Source of the DNA: Somniosus microcephalus
Lineage: Eukaryota
NCBI GenBank assembly: GCA_052327205.1
Contig: CM126222.1
Span: 74,214,001 to 74,278,000, forward strand
Length of the DNA stretch: 64,000 nucleotides
Direction: 5' to 3'
The notes below the pieces were generated by a model. That model saw only the letters and a list, made by a program, of their open reading frames with translations, was not told where the DNA came from and made no database searches. The position numbers and the translations under genes were made by a program. Of this stretch, positions 27,463 to 42,785 are shown piece after piece (within the stretch, counting starts at the first letter, position 1; each line of letters starts with the position of its first letter).

Positions 27463-28384
27463 TAGGTGGAAAAGCATGTAGGGTCGTGTATTTGCAGTTT
27501 GAGATGAATGAAGGGAAAATTCCATCCATAGTGACTTAAGTTAGAGGTGAGGGGTTCTGATTTGGGCGGAGGGGGGCTGGTGTTGGAAAGGAGTCTGAAG
27601 CTAGAAGTGAGAGAAGGACTGCCTAGCTGCCTTTTCTTGTATCCTGTTTAGGAATGCGAGGGGGGTGTCAAGAATTTCTCCAAAAGCTGGAATATTATTC
27701 ACGTCTTGGATGAACTTCGCCTTTTATAGAGAGTTGAGTTGAAGTGTTTCAGAGGGAGCAGCTTCTTACAGCCAGCTTTAGCAGTGGAGGAATTGCAGGA
27801 ATTCCAATTCACTTCAGAGGAGCTGGTGAGGCGAAGAATATAGATACACAAAGCACTGAATGGAACCATCAGAAGTCAGAGGTGGTAGCAATTGGTTGGA
27901 GTTGACATGAAATTCTTTGAAGGGCTAAAAGAAACCAAGATTGCCCATTCAAGGCCATTAGTGAGATCAATATAGAGCAATTAAACCATTGTACTGAGAT
28001 GAATGGAGGTTGTGTACACGGAGGCCGTGACATCTGAAGGACATTGATGAAGGGGGAATCAGTGAGGGTAGACACAGTTGGAGATCATTGATTTGAAAAA
28101 GGAAAGCGTGGGAGAGAACAGAGCCCTGGGGCACTTTTATTGATGTTTCTCTCGGCAGGGGGGCACAGGGGAAGAATTGTTAGTTATCAATTTTGTTTTT
28201 CTCTTCTCTTCCCTGCCTCTTTTTTTTGGGGGGGGGGGGGGGGGAAAGAGGGAGAGGGAAATGGTAAATTTTCCAACTTGGGCACTGTACTGCTTTGTAG
28301 TGGGGTCCCTGTTGAAGTGTTTCTGTTTTTGCAATATTCTAATGATTGTGAAGTATGCATTGCTATAATGCATAGTGTCTTTTT

Positions 28385-28826
28385 TAATAAAAAACAATGC
28401 TGGAAATTCTCAGCAGATTAGACAGCATCTGTGGAGCGAAACAAATGTCATGTTTGAGGTAGTTTAACTTTTGCCAGTTCTGATAAAAGGTTGAGGTATA
28501 CCAGGTTTAGGCAAGTAGAGGCAGGGAAAGGAGGGGAGGAAGGAACAAAAGGGAAGGTCTGTGATAGCATGGAAGGCAGGAGAGATTAAATGACAAAAGA
28601 GATGACGGTGCGAGGGAAAAGGAGATGGTATTGGGACAAGTAAAGAAACAAAAAAATGGGTCTAGAGGTGTAAATGGGAATAGCAGAGTCATTACAACAG
28701 CTGCTGTCTGGAAAAATGGGAGCAGTGGTTATGATCTGAAATTGTTGAACTCAGTGAGTCCGGAAGGCTGTAAAGTGCCTAATTGAAAGATGAGGTGCTG
28801 TTCCTTGAGCTTACGTTGAGCTTCAT
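28385..28826 (-). mobile_element. Penelope-like element 3' fragment with GIY-YIG endonuclease C-terminus
   Basis: 28729-28826 minus reads EAQRKLKEQHLIFQLGTLQPSGL/EFNNFRS* (R..E...I..L.TL.P.GLN-type motif, small deletion at GLN), then UTR and the shared terminal repeat. Confidence 0.85.
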
Positions 28827-30513
28827 TAAAATATTTTTTGAGTTTCCAAATCTTTCTGGTCATGTCCTAGATGTAAAACATTAGAACGTAACTGATTCTG
28901 TAACCATTTCAATTTGAGTTAATTTTATAGTGATAACATTAGTTCTACATTAATGGCAGAAATATTTCTACTGCTGCAAATACACAGCAGGCTTGTCTGG
29001 ATCTTAAAAGACCAAAGACCAACATTTTAGATCTCTACCATCTTTCATTTCTCTATCCGATAGTGATGGATCTGCTTTATATTTCTAGCATTTTGTTTTT
29101 ATTCCATCACTCATTTCTTTATCTCTCCCATCTTTCACCTACAGAAGTGCTAAAATGCAACTCCAACTCTCATGGCATAAAGTACTTTTTGGAATCTCTA
29201 TGTAGTTTTTCTGCTCTTAGTGCAAAAACTGTTCACTAAAATAGTTAACTTTGCTCACAAAGCTATTACTGTTCACTTGAGTATTTTTAAGTAGCATTTT
29301 AATGCACGGGAGCAGTTGTACCTGAGGATTTGTTCAGAAGTTTAGTTTGCTTTAGTGAACACAAACAGAGAAGTTTGCATTAACTCTCTTGCATCTTCTC
29401 CCCAGTAGATGTGTCAGACACTCGCCTCTAACAGCTCACATAATCTGCTCAGTAGACTGCGGTTTCCAAATCCTGTTTCATTACCTGTTGTAAAAAGAGT
29501 CCACCTGACCAGTGACTAGCTGATGTAATTGTTCCTTGTTCTACTAACGTGCTTGGAACATTTTAGAAATTCTTTCTGTGTCCACCTTCCCAACCCCATG
29601 TTAGGTTGGCTATTGGGTATTCCAGATCCTGAGATTGGTTGTCTGCAATAAATGACTTGTTCAACATATCTTTATCATGGATTGCTGTCTCAGCAACAGC
29701 TCTTTTTTTATTTGGAAGTTAAGCTTTCTAAGTATGTAGTAAATATTTTTTAAAGCCTTGTTGCAATTTGGGTGGTAATCTGCCTGAAGGGTACACTAAT
29801 GCCATTTACAGGTGACAAGTGTGACAAAGATTCTCTCAAAACCAGTCCCATGGAATTTTAAACTTCAGTGTGGGTAAAACCTGCGAAGTAGAAACTAGGT
29901 GCTGAGCAAGAGACTGCAAGCTAAAGATTTAATTGTACAGAACAGTTTTAAAAGATTCTAAATACATTGTAATTACTATTACAACAGTTTAGCTGGCCTT
30001 GCACATTCAACACCTACACTGACCATTTCTGATCATTAACCTTTTTTTTTTGGAAAAAGGGAAAAAAGAGGGCAGCAAGACTGATGCTGGAGTTTGTTTA
30101 TTGCTTTATCCAGGGAAGTGTTAAAAGTGCATTTAAACTGAAAACGTACATTCATTTGGTATGTGTGGAGAGACACATGGTGCACTGGCAAACGGGCTGA
30201 CCCTGGGATGTTTGTGGTTTCCTCTAAACGTTGGTAGGAGATGTATGTATGCACAGTGATGGAGGGAGAGTCTTAGCAACTTCTGAAAGTCCTCAGCATG
30301 GAAATGGGACATACTGTAGAGTCATATTAGTATATTGCAGCCCTGTGATGGAGGGGGCTGAATGGGGAACTGCATTCAGTTTGAGGTTTGGGATCTGGCT
30401 TATTTTAAAAGCAGCGCTACGGGGACAGGTCTAAAGTCCCAGTAATCCTCCCTTGGGTTTTTTCCTTGGTTACAGCCTGTTTTGCATCAGACAGCTGAGG
30501 GTTTGCTTGGTTT

Positions 30514-33476
30514 GCAGAACCACAAGGGTAATAATCTCTGGATTTCTACCTGAGCCACGAGCAAATTTAGCTAGGGTAAATAAAATCAGAGTTAAATGCG
30601 TGGCTTAAAGACTGGTGTGGGAGAAATGGGTTTTGCTTCTTGGGACACTGGCACCAGTACAGGGACGGGAGAAAGCTGTTCTGTTGGGACGGACTTCACT
30701 TGACCAGTGCTGGGACTAGAATCCTGGCGAATCGAATAACTAGGGCTGTAGAGAGGGCTTTAAACTAATTAGTGGGGGGGGGGGGGGGGGGAGGTTTCAA
30801 GAGCGAAAAATAAAAATGTCAGCAGAGAAGGCAATAGAGCAAGGTAGCGGTGGGGGAATTAAAAACCAGAGCGTGTCGGGAAGGGACAGAATGTATAAAG
30901 ATAAAGGTAGAGTAGTAAAGGGGGTAAAAGCAGGAATAAATTGTCACAAAACGTATTTAAAAGTTCTTTATCTGAATGCACGCAGCATTCGTAACAAAAT
31001 AGACGAGTTGACGGTACAAATAACTACACATGAGTATGATCTGGTGGCCATTACAGAAACATGGCTGCAAGGTGACCATGACTGGGAACTAAACATCCAG
31101 GGGTATTTGACAATTAGGAAGGACAGACAGGAAGGAAAGGGAGGTGGGGTGGCTATGTTAATAAAGGATGGAATCACTGCAATAGTGAGAGATGATATTG
31201 GGTCAAAGGATCAGGATAGTGAAACAGTGGGTGGAGATAAGGAATAATCGGGAAAAAGTCACTAGTCTATAGGCCTCCTAACAGTTGCAACTTTGGTCAG
31301 AGTATAACTCAGGAAATAGTTGGGGCTTGTAATAAGGGAACAGCAATAATCATGGATTTTAACTTTCATATTGACTGGACAAATCAAATTGGGCAGGGCA
31401 GCCTTGAGGAAGAGTTCATAGAGTGTATTAGGGACGGGTTCCTTGAGCAGTATGTAACTGAACTAACCAGGGGGCAGGCAATCTTAGATCTGGTCCTGTG
31501 TAATGAGACAGGATTAATAAAAAAATGTCCTAGTAAGGGATCCCCTTGGAATGAGTGACCATAGCATGGTTGAATTCCAAATTCAGTTGGAGGGTGAGAG
31601 AGTTGGATCTCAAACCAGCGTACTAAGCTTAAATAAAGGAGACTATGAAGGTATGAGAGCAGAGTTGACTAAAGTGGACTGGGAAAATAGATTAAAGTGT
31701 AAGACGGTACATGAACAGTGGTGTACATTCAAGGAGATATTTCACAACTTTCAAGAAAAATATATTCCACTGAGGAAAAAGGGGCGTAAAAGAAAAGACA
31801 GCCATCCGTGGCTAATAAAGTAATAAAGGATAGTATCCGACTGAAAACAAGGGCATATAAAGTAGCCAAATCTAGTGGGAGGATGGAAGATTGGGAAGCG
31901 TTTAAAAGCCAGCAAAGAATAACTAAAAGATTAATTAAAGATTATGAAAGTAAACTAGCAAAAAATATAAAAACAGATAGCAAGCGTTTCTACAGTTATA
32001 TAAAAAGAAAAAGGGTGGCTAAAGTGAATGTTGGTCCCTTAGAGGACGAGACCGGGAAATTAGTGGTGGGGAACATGGAGATGGCAGAAACGCTGAACAA
32101 ATATTTTGTATCAGTCTTTACAGTAGAGGACACTAAAAATATCCCAACACTGGACAGACAGGGGGCTATGGGGGGGGAGGAGCTAAACACGATTAAAATC
32201 ACTAAGGAGGTGGTACTCGGTAAGATAATGGGACTTAAGGCGGATAAATCTCCCGGACCTGATGAAGGGGAACCAGTGGATGTGGCGTATTTGGACTTCC
32301 AAAAGACATTTGACAAGGTGCCACACAAAAGATTACTGATCAAGATAAAAAATCACGGGATTGGGGGCAATATACTGGCATGGGTGGAGGATTGGCTATC
32401 TAACAGAAAACAGAGTTGGGATAAATGGTTCATTCTCTGGTTGGCAATCAGTAACTAGTGGTGTTCCGCAGGGGTCAGTGCTGGGACCCCAACTCTTTAC
32501 ACTCTGTATTAACGATTTGGAGGAAGGGACCGAGTGCAACGTATCCAAGTTTGCCGACGATACAAAGATAGGAGGGAAAGCAGTGAGTGAGGAGGACATA
32601 AAACCTGCAAAAGGACATACAGGCTAAGTGAGTGGGCAAAAATTTGGCAGATGGAATATAATGTTGGAAAGTGTGAGGTTATGCACTTTGACAGAAAAAA
32701 TCAAAGAGCAAGTTATTATCTAAATGGAGAGAAACTGCAAAGTGTTACAGTACAAAGGGACCTGGGGGTCCTGGTGCATGAAACACAGAAGGTTAGTATG
32801 CAGGTACAGCAGGTGATCAGGAAGGCCAATGGAATCTTGGCTTTTATTGCAAGGGGGATGGAGTATAAAAGCAGGGAAGTCTTGCTGCAGTTATACAGGG
32901 TACTGGTGAGGCCACACCTGGGATACTGCGTACAGTTTTGGTTTCCATATTTAAGAAAAGATATACTTGCTCTGGAGGCAGTTCAGAGAAGGTTCACTCG
33001 GTTGATTCCGGAGATGAGGGTGTTGACTTATGAGGAAAGGTTGAGTAGGTTGGGCCTCTACTCATTGGAATTCAGAAGAATGAGAGGCGATCTTATCGAA
33101 ACATATAAGATTGTGAGGGGGCTTGATCGGGTGGATGCGGTGAGGATGTTTCCACTGATGGGTGAGATTAGAACTAGGGGGCATAATCTTAGAATAAGGG
33201 CTGCCCTTTCAAAACTGAGATGAGGAGAAACTTCTTCACTCAGAGGGTAGTAAATCTATGGAATTTGCTACCTTAGAGTTGTGGAAACTGCGACATTAAA
33301 TAAATTTAAAACGGAGATAGACAGTTTTCTAGCTGATAAGGGAATTAGGGGTTACGGGGAGCGGGCAGGGAAGTGGACGTGAGTCTAGGTTCGGATCAGC
33401 CATGATCCTATTGAATGGCGGAGCAGGCCCGAGGGGCCGTATGGCCTACTCCTGCTCCTACTTGTTATTTTTCTTG
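30514..33476 (+). mobile_element. CR1 LINE, 5'-truncated: ORF1 (SGNH esterase) tail plus disrupted ORF2 (APE + RT) plus 3' UTR
   Basis: LNAWLKDWCGRNGF...DGLHL; YLNARSIRNK, AITETWL, GGGVA, SDH; YLDFQKTFDKVPH, SGVPQGSVLGP, KFADDTK; several frameshifts and an internal deletion. Confidence 0.96.
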
Positions 33477-33585
33477 CATAGTAACATCTACTTTAAAATT
33501 GAATGGCAGTACACTCCATTTTATTAAAACTACAAACCACTACTTGTTAAAATTGTTGATCCTTTTATGCAGTTTCATAAAGTAA

Positions 33586-33921
<336 letters not shown>

Positions 33922-34377
33922 TGAGGCTGGGGTGGGATATTTGTTCTAGCTGAAACTCTACTAAATAATTAGCATAGAGCCTTGTAAAATTTGATGTGAT
34001 TAAGTCCCAAGTTCTTAGTAATGTTGTGTTTAGAGCTATAATGGCAAATGTCAACTTGTAAAATGTGGACTGTCGTGTTTAGAAATTTTAACTTGTCCTT
34101 AAATTGAGATTTCAGTCTGTGCTAAATCTGCCTAAATTGAATTGTACAACATTGTGCTTCATGTCTGCAAATCTAACTTAATATTAAAGCTTGTATGTCA
34201 TGTTACTTTTTGCAAGAATTGTTAGTGCCTTGGTTTAACGGTCTTTGAAGCTCAAACCATCTTAGGAACCATTTGAAAAGCAAAGGTGTTCCTTTAAACC
34301 ATGGGAATGCTGCAGTTTATTACACTTATTGGTGAGGCAGTGAAGCCCTGCTCCATTTCATGAAATGTGAGTGAAAG

Positions 34378-34656
34378 AGAAAAGAAAGAACTTGCATTTA
34401 TATAGCGCATTTCACAATCTCTGGACGTTCCAAAGTGCTTCATGGACAATGAAGTATTTTTTGAAGTGCAGTCACTGTTGTGATGTAGGGAAATGCAGCA
34501 ACCAATTTGCACACAGCAAGCTCCCACAAACAACAGGGAGATAAATGACCAGATTTGTTTTTGGGATGTTAGTTGAGGGATACACAGGTTCCTGCAGTAG
34601 GAATTGAAAACACGACCTTCGAGGTGAGGGTGCTCCGACTGAGCCAAGACTGACCC
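34378..34656 (-). mobile_element. Deu-domain SINE with internal deletion
   Basis: aaagaacttgcatttatatagcgc tail, Deu core, then directly the tRNA-like head. Confidence 0.8.
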
Positions 34657-36582
34657 CTAAATGTGTTCACGGAATGTGCTTGAAATGTTTTTGTAAAGGT
34701 CGCCAACATTCATAGTTCAGTAAAGAAATTTGCAGTGGTTTAGTAACAATGGGATTAACTGTTACAAGCCTTAGTTTAATAGCATTTTAAATAGTACTGT
34801 AGAAAGACGTTCGCATTTAATGCACACTCAACCTAGTGGCTTAATTGAGGAATAAAAAATCCAGGAAAGGGCGGGGGGGAGGTGGGGGGTGGTCTCAACA
34901 TTGTAAGCACATGCCAATTTATTTTTACGTTCCAATGGAGTTCTCATCAAATGTAGCTTGTTGACGGGCTGCACTTTTTCCTTTTGACACTCTAATTCGA
35001 CAGCCCCTTTTAAACCGATATTTCCGCCACCTTTTGATACAGCCAGCGATAAGAACTTTGTGTGCTTGTGTTTACAGATTCCGTTCTTGTAATTCACAGT
35101 GTGGACTCAGCAGAGGGTCTGGTTAAAAGGAATGTTTTAAAAACTGGGGATTACTTTGGGGTTGAACACCTGTTACTGCAGTGCGTGTTCATGGATCACT
35201 AATGCACTGGTAAGGTGCATCTTTTTGTAGGTTTCACTATCCCACCCTAAAACGTAGCACTTGACTAAGTCGCATCATCTGGGGAAAGTCAGCTATTTAT
35301 TCCTGGAAGCAGATTTTGAAGTGCTCTGTGACAAGCCTGCTGTGCGGCCCCTTGAGCTAAATTAAATCCAGCCCTTTTTATGGAAGATCAGTCTGAATGG
35401 CGAATGATTCCAACACTTGCATGTAATTTTTTCCGAATGTATTAGGAAGTTTGAATACTCATTTACTGGTTCCAGATTCAGTTTCCGGACTGTATTTCAG
35501 TCTCTATGAAAAGCGACTTCCCAAGTCACATTTGTTAATGAGAAAGGACTGGAAACCTATTCCGATATCTTTATTACCTGCCACTATAAGGTGTAGAATG
35601 TTCAGCACCAACAAAAGAAGCTAGACTTGAAACTGTAAACTTGCACCGTGAAGTTGGAAAAAAACTGTGCATTTCGTAATCAAATGTGTGCACTGAGCAG
35701 TTGACTGGCTTTTGAATAAGATTTATAATGATTGTATCTGGCTCAACTGTTTGCGGTGGTCTTGCTGTCATCACACATTTTAGAGCTGTTGCTGATTGGT
35801 TTTCTAGTGCACTTCCAGCAGTGGGTTGGTGCTGAAGATGCAAGTGGGAAGAACTCATTGCATCTGGTTTTCTCCCAGTTTTTACGCTTCCTTGTGTAAA
35901 CTGGTGGTGTTTCAAGAATTGTTGCATTATCAAGGCAGAGTGCATGTTTTAGGGCCATCTCACATTTTGCAGCTGCACCAAGGCATGTCTTTTTTTGCAT
36001 GTGCTGCGCCATTGTCAGGTAGTTGCAGACCCGCTTTTGGGTCTCTGATACTACCTGTAATTGGTAGATAGGAAGTGTATGAAAACAGCACCCCTGATTT
36101 CTCCTCCCTTTTATGGATGCTTCTGGTTTCTGCTCTCGTCTCATGACCAACTACTCTCGTGAAGCCCTGTGCTATTTCACAAGGCATTGGAGTCCCAAAA
36201 CCGTAGCTATTCAGTTGAGTGAGATGTCAGCAAATACACTGGACCTCAGATGAGTTGTGACCTAGTGTTCTAATTTCTATTGCAGTCGGAAAGTTTCTGT
36301 ACTTATTCCATGACCATTGTGTAAATAAGTTTGTTACTTTTTCTTGGCTTTTTTGATTTATTAAGTAGCCTAGACTCCTGGTTGGTGGTTGTGTCCATTT
36401 TAAAATGTTGCATTTCTGACTGGCTGTCTTTTTACTGTCGGTCGGTAATTTTTTTAACTCATAAGAACTAGTTTATAACTGATTCCTGTTGAGGTGCAAA
36501 TGTGGCACAAAGAACTGGTAACAATAGAAAGTAACTCCTGGAAAACCGATGTTAAATATGTTTTGAGTTAAAATGGGTTTAA

Positions 36583-36891
<309 letters not shown>

Positions 36892-37568
36892 TAAGAACAC
36901 AGCCAAACTCTCAGTATGATGTACAGGCGCAGGGTGTATCTGTGTATGTATACTTGTCTTTTATTGCACATCAATAAAGGATTGTTTCTGTTCCCTGGCT
37001 AGCCAGAACGTGCAACAGTTGATCAGGTTTGAAAAGGATTTATTAGGAAATATATTACGTGCTTGCATATTTAACGGGATGCTCAAAAGGATCGAGGATG
37101 GCTTTTTTTGAGTATATATCAGAATGACAAGCTCACTTATGTAATGTAGGAAGTAGTGAGCAGTCGCGGGGATTGGTATTCACTGAAACTTGGCAAGTCT
37201 GTCCTTTTTGATGGCCTTTTCGGAATGATTTTTGAAAAGTACTTGCGTCAACACTTGGGCAGTCTCTTGCTGAGATCACTTTTTGAGTTGCTGATCTATT
37301 TTAAAAACAAGGATAGAGGGCGTCTCTATTGCTGTAGAGTGCAAGGTGAGCAGAGGATAGCTGCAGGGTGTGAATTTTCCACCTGTACATGAAGCAGTCC
37401 CTACACTGGGTATGGAACTGGTTGGATGCTCTACAAATCTCCCTGTGGAGTATTGATGCACCTTGGACCTGGAGCATCCCAATCAACAAATTGTGGCATT
37501 TACTGGGTATGATTATCCAATTATTCCTGGTGTGGGCTTGCATCAGTAGAGAACGGGGTTTGATTTGA

Positions 37569-37970
<402 letters not shown>

Positions 37971-37993
37971 TAGATGGCCGCTTCAGACTTATC

Positions 37994-38113
37994 GGGGTAG
38001 ATGTTCAACTTGCTGCTCGGGCATAACACTGGCCTTATAGATCAGCTGCCTGTTACAGAAGCCAACCCACGGCGCCAGTTTTAAACTCGGGCAACAAGTT
38101 GAAAATCTACCCC
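37994..38113. mobile_element. 120-bp MITE-like inverted-repeat element
   Basis: GGGGTAGATGTTCAACTTG... / ...CAAGTTGAAAATCTACCCC; about 33 of 40 terminal positions match as inverted repeat; no clear TSD. Confidence 0.75.
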
Positions 38114-38212
38114 ATGGTTTCCGTTCTGATATCTACACAACTCTGCTCATCGCTATTTTGAAAGTTAGCAGGAATGATGTGTGTGTCAGAAGTACGTGTT
38201 TGCTCTAATTAA

Positions 38213-38437
<225 letters not shown>

Positions 38438-38654
38438 TAATACACGCTGGAAAATTTACCGCTCTTCAGTCCATAAGGGCCCCATTTTATAAATCCTATA
38501 TATCAGAACTGGAAATGGGAGTTGAGGTACAGATCGGCCATGATCCGATTCAAATGGCTCAATGGGCCGAATGACCACCTCCTGTTCCTCTGTCCATACT
38601 CTGCAGGGAAGGACTTGCTCCTTCACCATAGACTAAGTACATTAAAAAAAATTA

Positions 38655-39029
38655 ATTATCAGGATGTGGGCATCGCTGACGAGGCTGGCATTTATTGCCC
38701 ATTCCTAGTTGCCGAGAAGGTAGTGGGCGACTTGATACAACTGAGTGACTTGCTTGGCCACTTTAAAGGCAGTTAAGTCAACCACGTTGATGTGAGACTG
38801 GAGTCACAGACCCAGACCAAGTAAGCACGGCAGGTTTGCTTCCTTAAAGGACATTAATGAACCAGGTGTGTTTTTACAAAAATAATCTGACTGCTTCGTG
38901 GGCACTTTCACTGATGCCAGCTTTTTCTTAAAAAAAAACTTAATTTAAATTGTTAACTAGCTATGGTGGGATTTGAACTATTCTCTGGATTACTAGTCCA
39001 GTAACATAACAGCTACACTACCGTACCCC
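38655..39029 (-). mobile_element. tRNA-headed SINE (second family); further copies at 61612-62022 and about 62250-62480
   Basis: Minus-strand head GGGGTACGGTAGTGTAGCTGTT...GTTCAAATCCCACC and tail ggcatttattgccca shared between copies. Confidence 0.7.
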
Positions 39030-39311
39030 ATTGTCTTTATTTACTAGCTTTTAATTTTTTTAAAGTACTGAAGATGTGATGTACGGAAGCATACATCAAT
39101 GTGGGGGGGTGGGTTTCAAGATCCCTCTGTGTGGTGATGGGTTATTCTGCATATTGGACTGGGTTGACCCAGAAAAGTGATGATAGTTGCATGCGTTATA
39201 CTCAAATGCATCTTTAACATAAATAGGAACAAAATGATTTTACATTTACAGTAGTAGGGATTGGATGGGATGTTTGTAGAAAGGTGCTGTTTGCAATCTA
39301 TCCTTTTAATG

Positions 39312-39555
39312 AAAGAATGGACTTGCATTTATACAGCACCTTTCATGACCTTGAGGTCTGTGATTTCACTGCCCACGAATTACTTTTGAACTGCAGTCAG
39401 CATTATGCAGGCAAACATGGCCAATTTGAGCAGAGTAAGGCCCCACAAACAGTGACGAAACCAATCACCAGTTGATCTGTTTTGGTGATGTTTGCCACAA
39501 CACTGGGAGAGCACCCCCACTCTTCAATCTTTTATGTTCACCTGAGGGAAGACAG
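39312..39555 (-). mobile_element. Deu-domain SINE fragment
   Basis: gacttgcatttatacagcacctttcatgacc tail and Deu core. Confidence 0.7.
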
Positions 39556-40013
39556 GACCTCAGTTGCTAAATTTATCAGTGTGATTTTTAGCTCTTGCTG
39601 AAAATATTTCAATAGTTATTTTGTAATTAAAATGAAATTGTATGTGTATATGTTTGGTATATAAATGTGTGTGTGTGAAAACTACCAGAATCTGATGTGT
39701 ATGAGAATTGCTGTTGTATTTGATCTCGAGCACTATTGCAGGGAGTGAAGCAGCATATTTGTGCTTGGTTGCTAGCAATTTGCTTTGAAGCTCGTTTCAT
39801 TTCTGAATTTGTGTAGGAGGATCAAATTGGGATCCTGAACCAATTCCAAATAAATTTTCTATGGTTTTAGGAGTTTCCTCTTGCACTTTGCATTTTTTAA
39901 ATCAATGGCATCCAATGATCCAAATTGACATGGCATGCAGGCTACCTTTGTGAAGCTGCTGTTCTGTGCTTGACACATGGGGAAAACCATGACTGAAAAC
40001 TTAATGGGGTATT

Positions 40014-42785
40014 CATAAGACGTAGGAGCAGGAGTAGGTCAGTTGGCCCCTTGAGCCTGCTCCGCTGTTCAGCAAGATCATGGCTGATCTGATCTTGGCC
40101 TCAACTCCACTTCCCTGCCCGCTCCCCATAACCCTCGACTCCCTTACCTTTCAAAAATCTGTCTATCTCCACCTTAAATATATTCAATGACCCCGCCTCC
40201 ACTGCTCTCTGGGGAAGAGAATTCCAAAGATTTACGACCCTTAGAGAAGAAATTCCTCCTCATTTCCGATTTAAGTGTTTCCCCTTATTCTGAAATTATG
40301 CCCCCTAGTTCTAGATTCCCCCACGAGGGGAAACATCCTCTCTGCATCGACCCTGTTAATCCACCTCAGAATCTTATGTTTCAATAAGATCCCCTCTCAT
40401 TCTTCTAAACTCCAATGAGTATAGGCTCAACCTTTCTTCATAAGACAACCCCTTCATTTTCGGAATTAACCTTCTCTGAACTGCCTCCAATGCAAGTATA
40501 TCCTTCCTTAAATAAGGAGACTAAAACTGTACGCAGTACTCCAGGTGTGGTCTCACCATTGCCCTGTACAGTTGTAACAGGACTTCCCTACTTTTATACT
40601 CCATTCCCTTTGCAATAAAGGTCAACATTCCATTTGCCTTCCTAATTACTTGCTGTACCTGCATGTTAACTTTTTGTGATTCACGTACAAGGACCCCCAG
40701 ATCCCTCTGTACCTCAGCATTTTGTAATCTCCCTCCATTTCAATAATTTGCTTATTTATTTTTCCTACCAACGTGGATAACCTCGCATTTTCCCACGTTA
40801 AACTCCATCTGCCAGATTTTTGCCCACTCACTTAGCCTATCTCTATCCCTTTGGGGATTCTTTGCGTCCTGCACACAATTTGCTTTCCCACCTATCTTTG
40901 TATCATCAGTAAATTTGGCTACATTACACTCAGTCCCTTCGTCCAAGTCATTAATATGGATTATATATAGTTGAGGCCCCAGCACTGATCCCTGCGGCAC
41001 CCCGCTAGTTACAGTTTGCCAACCTGAAAATGACCCATTTATCCCAACTCTGTTTTCTGTCAATTAGCCAATCCTCTATCCATGCTAATATATTACCCCC
41101 AACCCCGTGAGCTCTTATCTTGTGTAGTAACCTTTTATGTGGCACCTTATCGAATGCCTTCTGGAAATCCAAATACACGACATCTACTGGTTCCTCTTTA
41201 TCCACCCTGCTCGTTACATCCTCAAAGAACTCCAGCAAATTTGTCAGACATGATTTCCCTTTCATAAAACCATGCTGACTCTGCTTGACTATATTATGAT
41301 TTTCAAAATGCCCTGCTACCACTTCCTTAATGATGGACTCCAGCATTTTCCCAGTGACATGTTAGGCTAACTGGTCGATAGTTGCCTGCTTTCTGACTCT
41401 CTCCTTAAATAGGGGCGTTACATTTGTGGTTTTCCAGTCCGCTGGGACCTCCAGAATCCTGGGAATTTTGGTAGATTACAACCAATGCATCCACTATCTC
41501 TGCGGACACCTCTTAAGACTCTAGGATGCAGGCCATCGGGTCCAGGGGACTTGTCCACCTTTAGTCCCATTAGTTTGCCTAGTACTTTCTCTCTAGCGCT
41601 AGTGATTGTTTTAAGTTGCCCCCCCACCCCAATAGCACCTTGATTATCCATTATTGGGATACTTTGTGTCTTCTACCGTGAAGACTGATACAAAGTATTT
41701 CTTCAAGGTCTCCGCCATTCCCCAGACTCATCCTCTAGGGGACCAACGTTTACTTTAGCTACTCTCTCTTCCTTTTTATATACCTGTAGAAGCTCTTACT
41801 GTCTGTTTTTATATTTCTTGCTAGCTTACTCTCATAAGCTATCTTCTCTATCATTTTTTTAGTCGTCCTTTGCTGGTTTTTAAATTTTTTCCCAATTCTC
41901 TGGCCTTCCACTATTCTTCGCAACATTGTATGCTTTTGTTTTCAATTTGATACCATCCTTTACTTCCTTAGTTAGCCACGGATGGTTCACCCTTTTAGAG
42001 TCTTTCTTTCTCACTGGAATATATCTTTGCTGAGAGTTATGAAATATCTCCTTAAATGTTTGCCACTGCTTTTCTATAGTCTTACCCTGTAATATATTTT
42101 CCCAGTCCACTTTAACCAAGTCTGCCTTCATACCTTTGTAATTACCTTTGTTTAAGTTCAGGACACTAGTTTGAGACCTAGCTTTCTCACCCTCAAACTG
42201 AATTTGAAATTCTACCATGCTATGATCACTCTTCCTAAGAGGATCATTCACCTCGATCATTCATTAATCCAACCTTATTACACATTACCAGATCTGAAAT
42301 AGTCTCCCTGGTTGGTTCCACAACATATTGTTCCAAGAAACCATCCCGTATACACTCCCAAGAACTTTTCCTCAAGCCTACCTTTGCCAATTTGCTTTGT
42401 CCAATATGAGCTACACCACCTCCTTTTCCTTTCTGCCTATCCTTACAAAATGGCAAATACCCCAGAATATTCAGTTCCCAGCCTTTGTCACCTTGCAACC
42501 ATGTCTCTGTAATGGCTAGCAGATCATACCCATTTATTTCTATTTGTACTGTCAACTCCTCTATCTTGTTACCAATGCTGCGTGTGTTCAAATGTGGAGC
42601 TTTTAATGTTTTTTTTAAAAACCATTTTCCCTACTCTGACCCCTCTTTCTGACACTCTTGTGTACATGCTCTGTCCCTTCCTGCCACACTCTGGTTATCA
42701 TTACCCCTATCGCTACCCTGCACTTTTGCCTTCTCATTTTTCCTTGACTTTTTACATTTCTGCTCAGCCTATCCCTCCCCCCCAC
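40014..42785 (-). mobile_element. CR1 LINE (disrupted ORF2: APE + RT, 3' UTR)
   Basis: NTRSIGNK, AITETWL, SDH, QHGFMKGKSCLTNL, YLDFQKAFDKVPH, SGVPQGSVLGP, KFTDDTK; truncated at the G-tract that follows ORF1. Confidence 0.96.
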
